Source: Octopus bimaculoides (Eukaryota). Taken from it: 33,176 bases of DNA. The notes under the pieces are model-generated. The model saw only the letters and a program-made list of their open reading frames with translations. It did not search any database and was not told the origin of the DNA. Positions 1 to 12,412 of the stretch are shown here, in pieces. Where the stretch lies: positions 24,453,015 through 24,486,190 of the forward strand of contig NC_068995.1 of the NCBI RefSeq assembly GCF_001194135.2. The letters run 5' to 3'. Within the stretch, counting starts at the first letter, position 1. Every line of letters begins with the position of its first letter. The position numbers and the translations under genes were made by a program.

Positions 1-1
1 A

Positions 2-330
2 AGCAGGTCGTGGAGATAGGTATTCTATTCTATCGCTAATCTTAAGATTGTCAGCTATTCTTCTTGCTTCCAAATTCACCTCTTTATATAAATTTGTATT
101 GTCTTTTTTGTATGTGTCAGTGATGCAATTCGAAATTAGGCGCTTGTAAACATCCTTGTCAACCGCATATAGGTTTTTAGTCTTATCAGAATTAACGAAG
201 ATCTTGTTCGAGTTATTGATCTCTGTGATTTTTTCTTTCATACTTCTCTGTAGATGGTTGGTGTACCTACGGAATTTGATTATTTTAATGAGATTAAAAA
301 GGTCCTTCCAAATGCATTCTTGCTGTGACC
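2..330 (-). mobile_element. Penelope-like element (PLE), fragment N-terminal to the RT core, running off the left edge
   Basis: Open minus frame WKDLFNLIKIIKFRRYTNHLQRSMKEKITEINNSNKIFVNSDKTKNLYAVDKDVYKRLISNCITDTYKK...LEARRIADNLKISDRIEYLSPRPA. It resembles the PLE region (xDKT motif) just before the TLKDHK motif. Recognised from recall. Confidence 0.7.
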
Positions 331-479
331 ATCTAGTCTTATTTTCAAATATAGCATTTGAACTACATTATCTTATGTGCCCTTTCATTTTTTAAGATAG
401 TATTGTATGATTCGAGGGTGATAGGTATGGTAATTCTAGCAGGTTGAGCCACCGCAAGTAGAATTATTTAAGTATTATT

Positions 480-698
480 TTGGTTTCAAATTTTGGTACA
501 AGGCCAGAAAGTTGGTGGGAGGGGGCAAGTCGACTACATCTACTCCAGTGTTCAACTGGTACTTATTTCATCGACCCCAAAAGGATGAAAGGCAAAGTCA
601 ACCTCGGTGGTATTTGAACTCAGAAAGTAAAGACGAACGAAATGCCACTAAGCATTTTGCTTGGCCTGCTAATGATTCTTCGAGCTCACCACCTTGTC
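480..698 (-). mobile_element. tRNA-derived SINE, family A
   Basis: Minus strand has an A-box-like head ggtggtgagctcgaagaatcattag, a B box gagttcaaat and a central ctttgcctttcatccttttggggtcgat. A homologous copy lies at 9596-9806. Confidence 0.8.
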
Positions 699-1219
699 TA
701 AGTATTCTATTAGTGTTATCAATTAAATATATTGTATATGCCACAGATATAGCAGTACAATGAGGTGACGGATACGCATCTTTTAGCTTTTAGTCTAGAA
801 CTCAGCTGACTCGGTCTTCCACAGTTCACACATGTTCATCAGAGAAATACTTTCCATGTGTTGTTACATGTCATTACTGTTTTGTTAGTTTTTTCTCTTT
901 TCTTTTTGTCGCTTCGTTAGTAGAGGAAATCCAGCACCCATAACACCTTACGTGGATCACTAAGGAGTGGTGAGAGGAAAAACGGAAGTTTGTTTCTAAA
1001 TGGAAACCTGGTCCAGATGCTTGCAACAAGCTTCTTTCTTTGTTTGCGCCATCAGATTGATGAATGACTTTTGGTGATTTCCATGACAAATTACTGGCTC
1101 TCAGTTTTCATGCAAGAATAGATAGAGTTTTCTATTAACTTTCTTCGTGTGCTTTTATACAAGGCATCACCTTACCGCCTGTAGCCTATTCTGGGAGAAT
1201 GAGCAAGAATAAACCTCAG

Positions 1220-1362
1220 TATTTGACTGGTATTTTACTTATTGACCCTGAAAGGATAAAATGTAAATATAACTTCGGCGGATTTGAACTAAAAGAATAA
1301 AGACCCAGTACGAATACTGCGAGACATTCTACTAATATCATAATTACTGCCAACGCACTGTC
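1220..1362 (-). mobile_element. Degenerate family A SINE
   Basis: Shares gactggtattttacttattgaccctgaaaggat and ggcggatttgaact with the 480-698 copy. Confidence 0.5.
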
Positions 1363-1759
1363 TTATTATAGAACATTGGGTTATTTCTAAAATATTGGAA
1401 ATTATTCTGTAAAATTTGATTTCAGGCTATTGAAGAGAATTGTTCGTAGTTGCTGGTTAGGTTTTCATCACTAAAATTAAATATTGAAAGAAATGTAATG
1501 TAGTTCTGATGGTTGGCTGTGTGTGCATCGATGGATTACAGAAGCAAACTTCTTACCACATAGCCACGCCTAAATTTTTAATTACGAAATATCAATGTGC
1601 ATGTCTGGTAATAAAAATCTGTAAACCTATTCTCATCCTGATCCTAGATTTTGTTTCATAGAAAAGACAAACGTGAGGATTTACCAGAACTCTGCTGTAA
1701 CATGTTCGATATATATAAGTATATCCAATTTATAAACATACTCGATATATTAGAAAAGA

Positions 1760-2010
1760 AAACCAAAGGTTCCGCCCGAGCCCTAGGCTCACAAAGCCGG
1801 TTTCCCGGATTTTGCGGCGTATAAATTTCTCTACTGGTCGGGAGGCCATTCCGTCTCAAGATTACTCATTTTTGCCAGACGAGTAGACTGAGACTATGTG
1901 AAATGAAGTGTTTTGCTCAAGGACACAACGCATCGCTCGGTCCAGAAATAGAAGCCACAATCTCACGATTAAGAGTGCAACATCCCTGACCCCTAGACCA
2001 CACGCTTCCG
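1760..2010 (-). mobile_element. tRNA-derived SINE with CORE-like segment, family C
   Basis: Minus strand has a tRNA-like head gtgtggtctaggggtcagggatgttg followed by ttgtgtccttgagcaaaacacttc, a CORE-like motif. Confidence 0.55.
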
Positions 2011-2449
2011 CTGTTCATTCGTAAACATATTCAGTATATAAACGAGTTAAGGTTAATAGCAAGGAGGTGATGATAAGTTTATTGGTCGAAGATGTATTAT
2101 TTGGCAGCATTACTTTGAGTTTCCCATCATGGACTACAAATATATTTCACTCCACAAATATAATTGGAAAAAAACTTTTTTTGACTAAGACGACAGAATA
2201 TCTTTCTAGGAATTGAATTGTACTCGTCTCTGACACTGGTTTCAATAAAAATAGATTATCACCAAGATATCCAGCTCATTGCTGAGATAGAGGCGCTGCA
2301 TGTTTGCCAAGTGTTTCATGAGTCTGCTAAGTTCAAATCTACATCATTAACCTCAGCTATGTACTGCAGTGATGAAAACATATGCAGGTTCGGCCATCAT
2401 TATTGTTGCCTTTCAACTGAACGGAAACATTGAATGATATAGTCTACAT

Positions 2450-2588
2450 GCTGGCAGGGTTGACTGTTTCCCAACCACATGGTTCCGGGTTCAATCAAAC
2501 TGCTGGCACCTTGGGCAAGTGTTTTGTAATATAACCTCGGGCCGACTAAAGCCTTGTCTGTATTTGGTAAACGAAAACTAAAAGTTCG

Positions 2589-2643
<55 letters not shown>

Positions 2644-2815
2644 CCTCACCAGCCCTTTGTTGGGGTGTTTACGTCCCTGCAACTTAGCGGTTCAGCAAAA
2701 AGACCGCTATAATCTCTCAAAAAGAAAAAAATACTGGAGTTGATTCATTCGACTAAAATTCTTCGAGGCGGTGCCCCAGCATGACCGCAGTGTAATGACT
2801 GAAACAAGTAAAAGG
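2450..2815 (+). mobile_element. tRNA-derived SINE family B with internal (GT)n at 2593-2642
   Basis: ccaaccacatggttccgggttcaatc...caccttgggcaagtg...(GT)n...ccccagcatgaccgcag...actgaaacaagtaaaag. Same layout as the copies at 30246 and 30751. Confidence 0.85.
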
Positions 2816-3814
2816 AGAAAAAAAGAAACACCTAAAATCAGGTGTGGTAATTTCTGGAATATCTTTGATTATACAACACTGATTAAGCAAATCTTTGATT
2901 ATACATTTGCTCAATCAGTTTGTCCTGGAGCTAAGCAACGACAGCTATTCTATTATTGCAGGGATAGATTTTATCTCAACTTCATAATCTTCCAAACTAC
3001 TCGGTTGCTACTTAATTCAGGACAGTTTTCTATATTTCCTCGCCTGTTTTACCCTGTGTAACGTAGTAGATTGACGACTCTTGTGTTAAAATGTCATTCT
3101 AAATACTAAGCTAAGTTTCAAGATTCAAAAAATCATTCATCGCATTATCTCTGAAAGGAAAGAAAAGTTGCAAGCCTCTAGGTATTCAATTTATGAGGTG
3201 GAAGAAAAGAACTTTAAATAAAACTATGTCACTTTTATCTTTTAATCCATTGGTCACCTAGATGTACCCACGTACATTCTAGTAAGTCATACAAATATTC
3301 GGGTTTGCGAGCAAAGAAAATAGATACAAAAAATAAGAGGACAAGAAAGATTGATTTTTTAAAATATATTCTAAGCTGACATGTTTTACCTCTGTGGGTT
3401 TAGAACTATCCTGAAACGGCAAAAATAAGTCTAAGACAAATCAATAAATAATATATATCACTGCAAGCAATTCATCATATTTTTGGAATGTTTTTTTTTA
3501 TTCCTCAAATAGAATGAATATATTTGTACTTTTACAGCTGCTCTTCGTTCCATACTTTTATATTCATAAGGAAGAAAATCTACTTTAACACTTTCTATCT
3601 AACAACTTACAGACGTGAGATGCTGTGGTCTTCACGTCAATAGTACAAAATGACAACATCCAGCGATTGTTGTTGCCCTTTTCTAACAGGTAAAGACTGA
3701 TTTGTGTTTAAACACACGCACGATATAAAACCTGTATGATTACGTCTCTTAGAGGAAGAGAAGACGACGACAACGATGATGATGATGACGATAAATTAAG
3801 ATAGTATTAAAAAT

Positions 3815-4200
3815 AATGCAACAACCTCTCGTAATAGCACTCCTAAGCCAGCTTCTTGTCTTCCATATCGATGGCGAGTATGCCTTCATCACTCTGAATA
3901 CACTTCTCACCAATAACATTTCAGTTCTCACTCACTGTCTTGCAATCCTGAACACTTCACATTATAGGACATGCGCAAATCTCATCCTCAGACTTAGCCA
4001 AGTATACCTGTGGCCTAGATGCCCTTCAAGCCATTAGCATTGCTCCATACTACCACCAGCTCTCCAGATTTTCCAAGCTTATCTCTCAGCCTTTAGTACC
4101 CTATCAACCGTATCATTCTACCGTGTAACTTTCGGCTTGACCGGGACTTTGCTCCAGTTACGGGTATCAAAATCTAACTCACTATAGTTATATGCGTTAG
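3815..4200 (-). mobile_element. Degenerate RTE-clade LINE ORF2 fragment, linker between endonuclease and RT
   Basis: Frameshifted minus translation includes CEVFRIARQ and VIGEKCIQSDEGILAIDMEDKKLA*ECYYERLL, resembling RTE ORF2 (GEKC...W..YYERLLN). Contains stops. Confidence 0.65.
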
Positions 4201-4772
4201 TCAACTTCTCTAAATATATTCCCAACTGTGCAATTTTTTTTGTTTTTTTTTCCCATATCTTCCTTCTCTATGTCGCCGTTCATTTTTGCGTCTGTCTAGC
4301 TCTGACTCAAAAGTCGTTAGCGACGAATTTTTGTTGTATAATGCATTCTCTACACGGAAAGGGCTGGCATTTTCAATAGCTCTTGTCGCCTTTTCTTGGT
4401 GAGAATGTAAACAATCTGGCTTGTGTGCTTGTCAGATTGATAGGTGATGAGGTGGTTTGTTTGTTTCTTAAAGTGTGTGTTGCAAATTGTTAAATCAGTT
4501 GCATCACAAAACTCCAGACTTACACCCTCCTCATTTATCTCACTATATCGACAGCCCCTATATATGTCAAAGAAACCATTGGAGTGTTGGTCAACACATC
4601 TGTTGAAGTCGCTATCGATCGTCTGATGAAGGGTCTCACAAAAACGGTCCTTCTGTGTATCTGTTAATCCCGTCTGTGGAGAGCGTGTTGATATAACTTT
4701 TACCGTTTAGTTGCCTTATATCTAGTCTCATCATCATTTGTGTATTACATTCCCTGACAAACACGATTACTT

Positions 4773-5041
4773 TGTAGTAACGCCTGCGCATGCGTAGAAT
4801 AAAACAAGCAAGCGTTTCCCGCTCAATTCATTCTCTTTCTCGCTGGCCAGCGATTGAGTATGGACGTGTGTTTAAAAGCTGTCCCTACATCTTTCGGTCT
4901 TATACTCGACAGCTCGTTATTCTCACCTCTAAAGATGTTTAACTAAAGATATGTATGTTTTACCAAGTAAATAAATGTTGTTTAAGTTGTTTAGTCTGGA
5001 GTTCAGCGTTCCGTCTATTTCTTTAATTTTATAGTAGAAAG
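4773..5041 (+). repeat. 269-bp direct repeat, copy 1
   Basis: tgtagtaacgcctgcgcatgcg...atagtagaaag. Six substitutions by manual comparison with 6060-6328. Confidence 0.97.
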
Positions 5042-5084
5042 TCAGGTATACAATCTAAAGATGTATAACCCACTTTCTACTAAA

Positions 5085-5622
5085 NNNNNNNNNNNNNNNN
5101 NNNNNNNNNNNNNNNNNNNNNNNNNNNNNNNNNNNNNNNNNNNNNNNNNNNNNNNNNNNNNNNNNNNNNNNNNNNNNNNNNNNNNNNNNNNNNNNNNNNN
5201 NNNNNNNNNNNNNNNNNNNNNNNNNNNNNNNNNNNNNNNNNNNNNNNNNNNNNNNNNNNNNNNNNNNNNNNNNNNNNNNNNNNNNNNNNNNNNNNNNNNN
5301 NNNNNNNNNNNNNNNNNNNNNNNNNNNNNNNNNNNNNNNNNNNNNNNNNNNNNNNNNNNNNNNNNNNNNNNNNNNNNNNNNNNNNNNNNNNNNNNNNNNN
5401 NNNNNNNNNNNNNNNNNNNNNNNNNNNNNNNNNNNNNNNNNNNNNNNNNNNNNNNNNNNNNNNNNNNNNNNNNNNNNNNNNNNNNNNNNNNNNNNNNNNN
5501 NNNNNNNNNNNNNNNNNNNNNNNNNNNNNNNNNNNNNNNNNNNNNNNNNNNNNNNNNNNNNNNNNNNNNNNNNNNNNNNNNNNNNNNNNNNNNNNNNNNN
5601 NNNNNNNNNNNNNNNNNNNNNN
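5085..5622. other. Assembly gap (N run)
   Basis: Run of n. The ORFs spanning it are artefacts. Confidence 1.
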
Positions 5623-6059
5623 ACAGAAATTGTGTCTATCGATCGTTCTGTAAACGCGTACCTCTTCAAACACTCATCACCAAACAGCCTTTTCGCCACC
5701 AGCGTCGTGCGCCAACCAAGATTACCACCGTGACGACAACAATTACTACTATCAATTACAAGCTTTCCCCCCGACGTCGCCAAGTTTCAACTGAATCATT
5801 ACCACTGTCAAAATCATTACCACCACACATACAGAACACAGCTATAGCAGTTCCTGGACAGTTGTCATCACGGTTGTTTTGTCATTGTCATTTCATTTAT
5901 ACGTTGCATGCATGTATTTCACAAGTGTACATTTCATTTCTTTGAATTTTCTTTGTGTGTTTGTACCACATCTTGTGGGTGGTTTTTCAGTGGCCATCCT
6001 GCCTCAGGCGTTCTAACAGATTTTATTTATCGTGCGTTTCCGCTCTGGCGAGGGAGCTC

Positions 6060-6328
6060 TGTAGTAACGCCTGCGCATGCGTAGAATAAAACAAGCAAGC
6101 GTTTCCCGCTCAATTCATTCTCTTTCTCGCTGACCAGCGATTGAGCATGGACGTGTGTTTAAAAGCTGTCTCTACATCTTTCGGTCTTATACTCGACAGC
6201 TCGTTATTCTCACCTCTAAAGATGTATAACTAAAGATATGTATGTTTTACCAAGTAAATAAATGTTGTTTAAGTTGTTTAGTCTGGAGTTCAGCGTTCCG
6301 TCAATTTCTTCAATTTTATAGTAGAAAG
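6060..6328 (+). repeat. 269-bp direct repeat, copy 2
   Basis: Colinear with 4773-5041 and ends at a family B SINE fragment. Confidence 0.97.
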
Positions 6329-6445
6329 GACGGACTTCTTTCAGTTTCTGTCTACCAAATCTACTCACAAGGCTTTGGTTGGCCCGAGGCTATAGTAAAA
6401 GACACTGGCCCAAGGTGCCACGCAGTGGAACTGGACGAGGGACCA
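6329..6445 (-). mobile_element. Partial family B SINE
   Basis: ttctttcagtttctgtctaccaaatctactcacaaggctttggttggcccgaggctatagt...caaggtgccacgcagtgg is the reverse complement of the family B body. Confidence 0.85.
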
Positions 6446-6559
6446 TGTGGTTTCGGGTTTAGTCCTTTGCTGTGCACAGCTCATCATATAAGGACTGGAC
6501 TGAAATGTTCACAAGCTGACTATGAAGGAGAGATGTGAAATCTTGCATGCATTAATTGT

Positions 6560-7790
6560 ATTGTTTCTTTCCAGGTAAACTGACATTTGGCTTTTGAAAG
6601 AAGTAACCAGTAGTGAACGAAATTTGGCATTGTAGTATTATCAAGTACCTGCAGAAAGGTTTAGCCCCTAAGGATATTCATGCTAATATGGTTACTACAT
6701 TAGGGGATGACGCTCCAGCTTTATCAGCAGTGCAAAAATGAGCAGCTGAATTTAGGCAGGGGAAAGGAGTCTTGAAGATGACCCAATGTCTGGACGGTCT
6801 TCAACTGCCACCACCGAGGAAAACATTGGTCGGGTTCACCACATGATAATGGATAACAGGCGATTGACTATAAATCAAATAGCTAATGTTATTAGCATAT
6901 CCCGTGAGAGAGTTGAAAATATTCTGTTCAATGAACTTGGCGTAACGAAGGTTTCTACTGTGTGGGTGCCACGTCTTCTGACACCTGATCCAAAACGCAC
7001 GAGGTTGATCGTCATAGGAAAATCTGACATTGTTTCAAATCCAGCTGGTTTCTTTAAATGTTTTCCTAACCCAGAACAAGCATTGGGTATCATTTGAGCC
7101 AGAGACAAAGAGACAATCGATGCAGTAGAAACACTCCTCCTCACCTGCTCCAAAGACGACCAAGGTCATTTCATCTGCAGGAAAGGTGATGGTCTCAGTT
7201 TTTTGGGATGCAAAAGACGTTGTGTTTATTGATTATCTTCAAAAGGGCTATCAATGGAGGGTACTATGCCAACTTGTTGTGGCAGTTATGAAAGGTTATG
7301 AAGACCAAACGCCAAGGAAAACAGACGAGTGTGTTATTTCATCAGAACAATGCTCCAGCACAAAAGTCCTTGCTTTCAATGGCTGCTGTGTGTGTGACAG
7401 GCTCTGGACTGGTTGACTACTGTCCCTGTTTTCCTGATTTAACCCCATCTTACTATCATGTTCTGCAACACGAGAGAAAACAGTTGGCTGGGAACCAGTA
7501 TTACAATGATGATGACGCAATATATATGCTGTTGAGTACTTTTTTGACCAACAGGATGAAAGCGTCAGCAATAAGATCCAAGTACTGCAACACTGATGGA
7601 AGAAGTGTGTGGACTGCAAGGAGGACTGTGTTGTAAAATAAACCTCATTTGGTTACATTCCATCTTCACCAATAAGATCCAAATACTGCAACTGATGGAA
7701 GTATGTGGACTGTGTTGTAAAATAAACATCATTTGGTTACATTCCATGAGAGTTTCTTGGTTAGCCGATGAACTCTTCAAGTGTTTTGCA
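6560..7790 (+). mobile_element. Decayed mariner transposase element
   Basis: Frameshifted translation gives KYLQKGLAPKDIHANM, SGRSST...IGRVHHMIMDNRRLTINQIA, WVPRLL, MVSVFWDAKDVVFIDYLQKG, LFHQNNAPAQKS and YCPCFPDLTPS (a decayed YSPDLAPSD). Many stops; TIRs not clearly delimited. Confidence 0.88.
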
Positions 7791-9039
7791 ATCCTATTAT
7801 CCTCCACATGCACATGGCCTGACCATCACAGCTAAGTAGATACAAGTAACTGAATGTTTTTACAAAGACTTCTGAGTCAGGTGTTTTACCTTGCCACTTC
7901 GGGTTCAGTACGAGTCTCAAGTATTTTCTATAAAAGTTCTCAAAGTAGCTTGAGATGCCTACGTTGTACTGAGAATGTTTCAAACCTTGTAAATGCCCAG
8001 CTTGCTTTTGTTGGTGATGCTGTAATTTGCCCAGATTTTCTTTTCAAGCTTCCCAACTGCTATGCTTTCTGAATGTGTAGATGTGTTTCAACATCTAAGG
8101 AGCCGACTCACAACCACATGCTGCTCAAAGGTGTCACCTACATGCAATCTTCTACCATGTAATACGATATCAGATTCGACATACGGTTTGCTTGGTGCAT
8201 ATGTGAACATTACCTTGGTTTTTCCAGCGCTATTTTAAGATCAAAGGCCATACATAAAGCAACAAAATGGTCCATGTGTTGTATGTCATCAGCAGTGTAA
8301 GCCAGTTTGCATCATCTGTGTAAAGGACTTCTCTGATCAAAGTTTCAAACGTTTCCGATTTGAACATATATGCATACTCGCACACACATCATCATTTGCT
8401 ATCTATATTTCAATAGGATCCAATGAACCAGAGAAGTGCATTGAATTAGTTTCTGCAGTGGCAAGCTTTCTATATCTGAATGTCCTTCCTAATGCCAATC
8501 ACTTTACAGTATCCAGAGATCATTTTTCACCAATCCCCCATGAATTCTTGGATCTGTATTTACCACAACCGCCATCCATTCTGAGCACCCTGCTCTTCAC
8601 ATAGTGGTCATCTTCCATATACCATCATATCTTTGTATCAGTAGTCTTCTCTCATGCATACTATATTTCCTCTAATACTCAGTCCTAGATATACAAAAAG
8701 ATGAGGGCCAAGTATGGACAACCTTTGATTATATGCCATTTCTTCAATCAGAGCTATCATGCAAATAAGCATCCTAATTTAGAAATCACTATTTTCTGTT
8801 TGCCAGCCTTGTTCAAATTATTTATTCCTGTGATTCAAAGACAATATATTGGAAGTAAGAATGGATATCAACTTTTTTTATTTTAACTTAACATGTTAAG
8901 TGTACAACATTTAAAACTTCATAGCAACAATTATGTAGTTAATTGTCCTATCTTATGCTATTCTATTGCCTATATTTGCTGGTCTCAGTCAGTGTGAATT
9001 AGTTTAAATAGTCCCAGAGCCATGTAAAATACACTCATG

Positions 9040-9243
9040 CCCATGCCACATAAATGCACCTATGCCCATAGCATGTAAAAAGCATCTGTTACACTCAGTA
9101 GAGTGGTTAGTGTTAAGAAGGGTATCCAGCCATAGAAACTATGCCAAAACAAAAAGTCTGGTGCAACTCTACAGCTGGCCAGCTCCTATCAAACTGTCCA
9201 ACCCATGCCAGCCTGAAAAACAGATGTTAAATGATGATGATGA
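9040..9243 (+). mobile_element. SINE or RTE-type 3' tail, family D
   Basis: gtggttagtgttaagaagggtatccagccatagaaac...gccagctcctatcaaactgtccaacccatgccagc...gttaaatgatgatgatg. Homologous copies at 18277-18425 and 28250-28478. Confidence 0.75.
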
Positions 9244-9595
9244 GTCAGTGAGTCCTAGATACTTGACTTGATGTTTCTTTTTTTTTTTTTTTTTTTTTTT
9301 GTTACTGGCAAAAATTACCATTTAAAACTAATCACATCAAAATATTTTTTTTTTTAAATCAGTATTTGTGTTCCCATCAAGCTCAGCCATCTCCAAAAGT
9401 ATGATATTGAGTAATTCATTGTTTCCAACAATAACGAGTAGTAATGGAGGTTTTGAGAAAATTCACAAACTAAATGAAATACACCAATCTCCAAGCACCG
9501 AAACAGTACTCAATTTAATGAAATATTCATCAGTTACAAAGAGATCTTGCAGTCTTTTTGGCTTCCTTAATATGGCTATATGACATCCTGAAATA

Positions 9596-9806
9596 CTGGT
9601 TTCAAATTTTGGCACAAGGCCAGCAAGTTCAGGAGGGGAAGTTGATTACATCAACCTTAATGTCCAACTGGTAGTTACTTTATCGACCTTGAAATGATGA
9701 AAGGCAACGCTGACCTCAGTAGAATTTGAACTCAGGACATTAAGACAGACAAAATGCCACTAAGCATTTTGCCCAGCATGCAAACAATTCTGCCAACTCA
9801 CCATCT
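9596..9806 (-). mobile_element. Family A SINE with 15-bp target-site duplication
   Basis: Homologous to 480-698. Flanked by identical tgacatcctgaaata at 9581-9595 and 9807-9821. Confidence 0.9.
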
Positions 9807-11747
9807 TGACATCCTGAAATATTAACATGTAATGTCAATGAGTAAATCTTTATCTCTTCAAACCAGTAAACCCTACTCCTCAAAATGTTCCAAATATCGA
9901 AAAATCATTCATCATAATAAAAAAAAGTTATTTGATTTTTCTAATAATTTATATTGATATAAAAGAAAAACACTGGAAGAACATGGAAACTGAAGGAAAA
10001 TAATGGCAAGAAAATACAGAGTAACACCAACAAAGTAATGAATGGATCAGTTGAATAGAAATGTGAGAAACAATATTGTTTTATAGATTTATTAGTTTAA
10101 ATATTTGTAGTCTTACTTGATTTCTTTATGACTAGGGTCAACTTGTATAATTAGAGGCTACAGTATGGCCAGTTGAATCAGTTATAATATTGGCATTGTT
10201 TATATATTTTCAGTTTTCTCCTTTTCAATATATTTATTGAACAGAAACGTATCTTGAAATATATGATAATATAAAAACTATGGCAAGTACTACAGAAAGA
10301 GCTAAACTGCCAGTGAGCAAATTCCACGGTTCCAATTTTATTTCCCAGATAAAAGATTATTTTGTTTCATTTATACTTATATTCCATTTCCCCACTTCAC
10401 CTATAAATCTGGAGCCCTGTGTTTCGTGGGGAAAAAACATAAGTATATATGACAATGTAATTGTTAGTAATAAACACCCTAGAGCAGCCTTAATAAGTAA
10501 AACAATAAAGTTGAGTTTGTGGTCCCTGACATTGCCAGAATCTCTGGCCCCACAGTAAAATTAAAACATTAGCTCAAGCCACTTAACAGAAATGATTTAT
10601 GATAACATTAAATTGATGAATGAAGAGAATTTATCAAATAACATTGGTTTAAAATTCTCTTCTGATACTAACAAGATACACTGATGTGATTCTATATCTG
10701 AAATAGATTGGAGATTACTAATACTGTGACTCCAGACTGAGTCAGGAACTCAACAGTCGGAACAATGTGGATCACATCAAAAATTCAACAGAATAATGTT
10801 GTCAAACTGATCATCGCTGAATTATAATCATCAGGATATTGTAATGTTGCTGATCACTGAGTCAATGAACAACACTTTACTGCTGCTACTATTGATAATG
10901 ATGATAACCTTGAAGCTATTTCACATACATACACAGACGTCTCTATTACATTACATTCATTTATCAAGGGACCGAGTTAACCATGATATTCTTGTTACAC
11001 AATGGATTTGAACTATCTTCTAATTTACTTCAAATTCTTCATTTTTGTAGGGCACTTTTTCTGTATCTAATCATCTGGGTCTGTTTTGCTGTCTTATTCA
11101 CTAAAAAGTTGTTTAAATTTCAAACAATGCTTCTTACATTGGCAAAAATACATAGATTTATAGTGAAGACGGGACACAGAAATGAAAATTTGATACCCAA
11201 CACATTTTTGCTCCTATAAGTAGCCTCATAATAAGCACTGGAACTGTCTTATGGATCCAGTTTCCCAACAGCTTGCTGTTTTACCATCATGCCCAGCTGC
11301 CACATGAATCCAAATCTGGACTTCCGTTGTTAAGAACAAGGTTGTCTTTGTAAAGAGAGTAGGGTACAGTTGATTGATTCTACCACAATATTATACTGAT
11401 ACTTTATCAGCCCATGGAAAGATAAGAGGAATTTTGGGCCTGGCAGAATTTGGAAACAGAAATATGTGGTGCCAAATTAGATATTGTAGAGTACCTGTTC
11501 CACTCTACAACTCTTTCTACCCTCTCTGCCACCCTTATGTGAATACAAATAAACTTTAAACTTCATATGATAGTATATAACAACTTAGAGTAAACACAAT
11601 CAGTCACAGGTCTGTTATTTCCTCTTTTACAATACAGACAGAACGTGAAAGTCTGTGACAATAAGCTGAATCATAAAATGAAAATATAATTTATCTCAAA
11701 TGTATCAAAGAAACTTAAAAATGAAAGTGAATGAAATGAAAGCCGAT

Positions 11748-11942
11748 TGTGTGTGTGTGTGTGTGTGTGTGCGTGTGTGTGTATGCAAAGAATCATGTCC
11801 TTTTTGAATAATTGATTGACTGTTATAAACATTTTGGTTTGCATCATCACACACACACACAACATGGTCAGCTCTGAAGAGAAGGAGATGGAAGTCAAGA
11901 TTTATACATGTAAACATGGATGGTTACACATGTACACACATG

Positions 11943-11986
<44 letters not shown>

Positions 11987-12147
11987 GTTATTAAGTTTTG
12001 AATCCATGCATGTATGTACACACAAACCTGTACATTATTTATACATACATATATTTGCAGTTATGAATCAGCTTCATCACTGACAGAGATGATAGCCAAT
12101 TTGACCCAATTATATTATATACATTTACATGTATGTATGTAGGTATG

Positions 12148-12192
<45 letters not shown>

Positions 12193-12358
12193 ATATATAT
12201 ATATACATGTATGTATATATATATATATATATATACATGNNNNNNNNNNNNNNNNNNNNNNNNNNNNNNNNNNNNNNNNNNNNNNNNNNNNNNNNNNNNN
12301 NNNNNNNNNNNNNNNNNNNNNNNNNNNNNNNNNNNNNNNNNNNNNNNNNNNNNNNNNN

Positions 12359-12405
<47 letters not shown>
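11748..12405. repeat. Microsatellite cluster of (GT)n, (CA)n and (TA)n, including the N gap at 12240-12358
   Basis: Seen directly; explains the low-complexity IYIY ORFs. Confidence 0.95.

Positions 12406-12412
<7 letters not shown>

Noticed and set aside
2860-2925. Short direct repeat (atctttgattataca twice) with an overlapping imperfect inverted repeat
   Set aside because: Too short and AT-rich to separate from local slippage.
3520-3700. Plus-strand acceptor (ttttacag) and donor (ag|gtaaag) suggesting a second gene
   Set aside because: Frames close between them and I found no partner exons or homology.
5055-5945. Long ORFs of 197-294 aa in the ORF track
   Set aside because: They are mostly X from the N gap.
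7830-8400. Coding-like sequence after the mariner
   Set aside because: No sustained frame or recognisable motif; possibly an old transposon remnant that needs a translated search.
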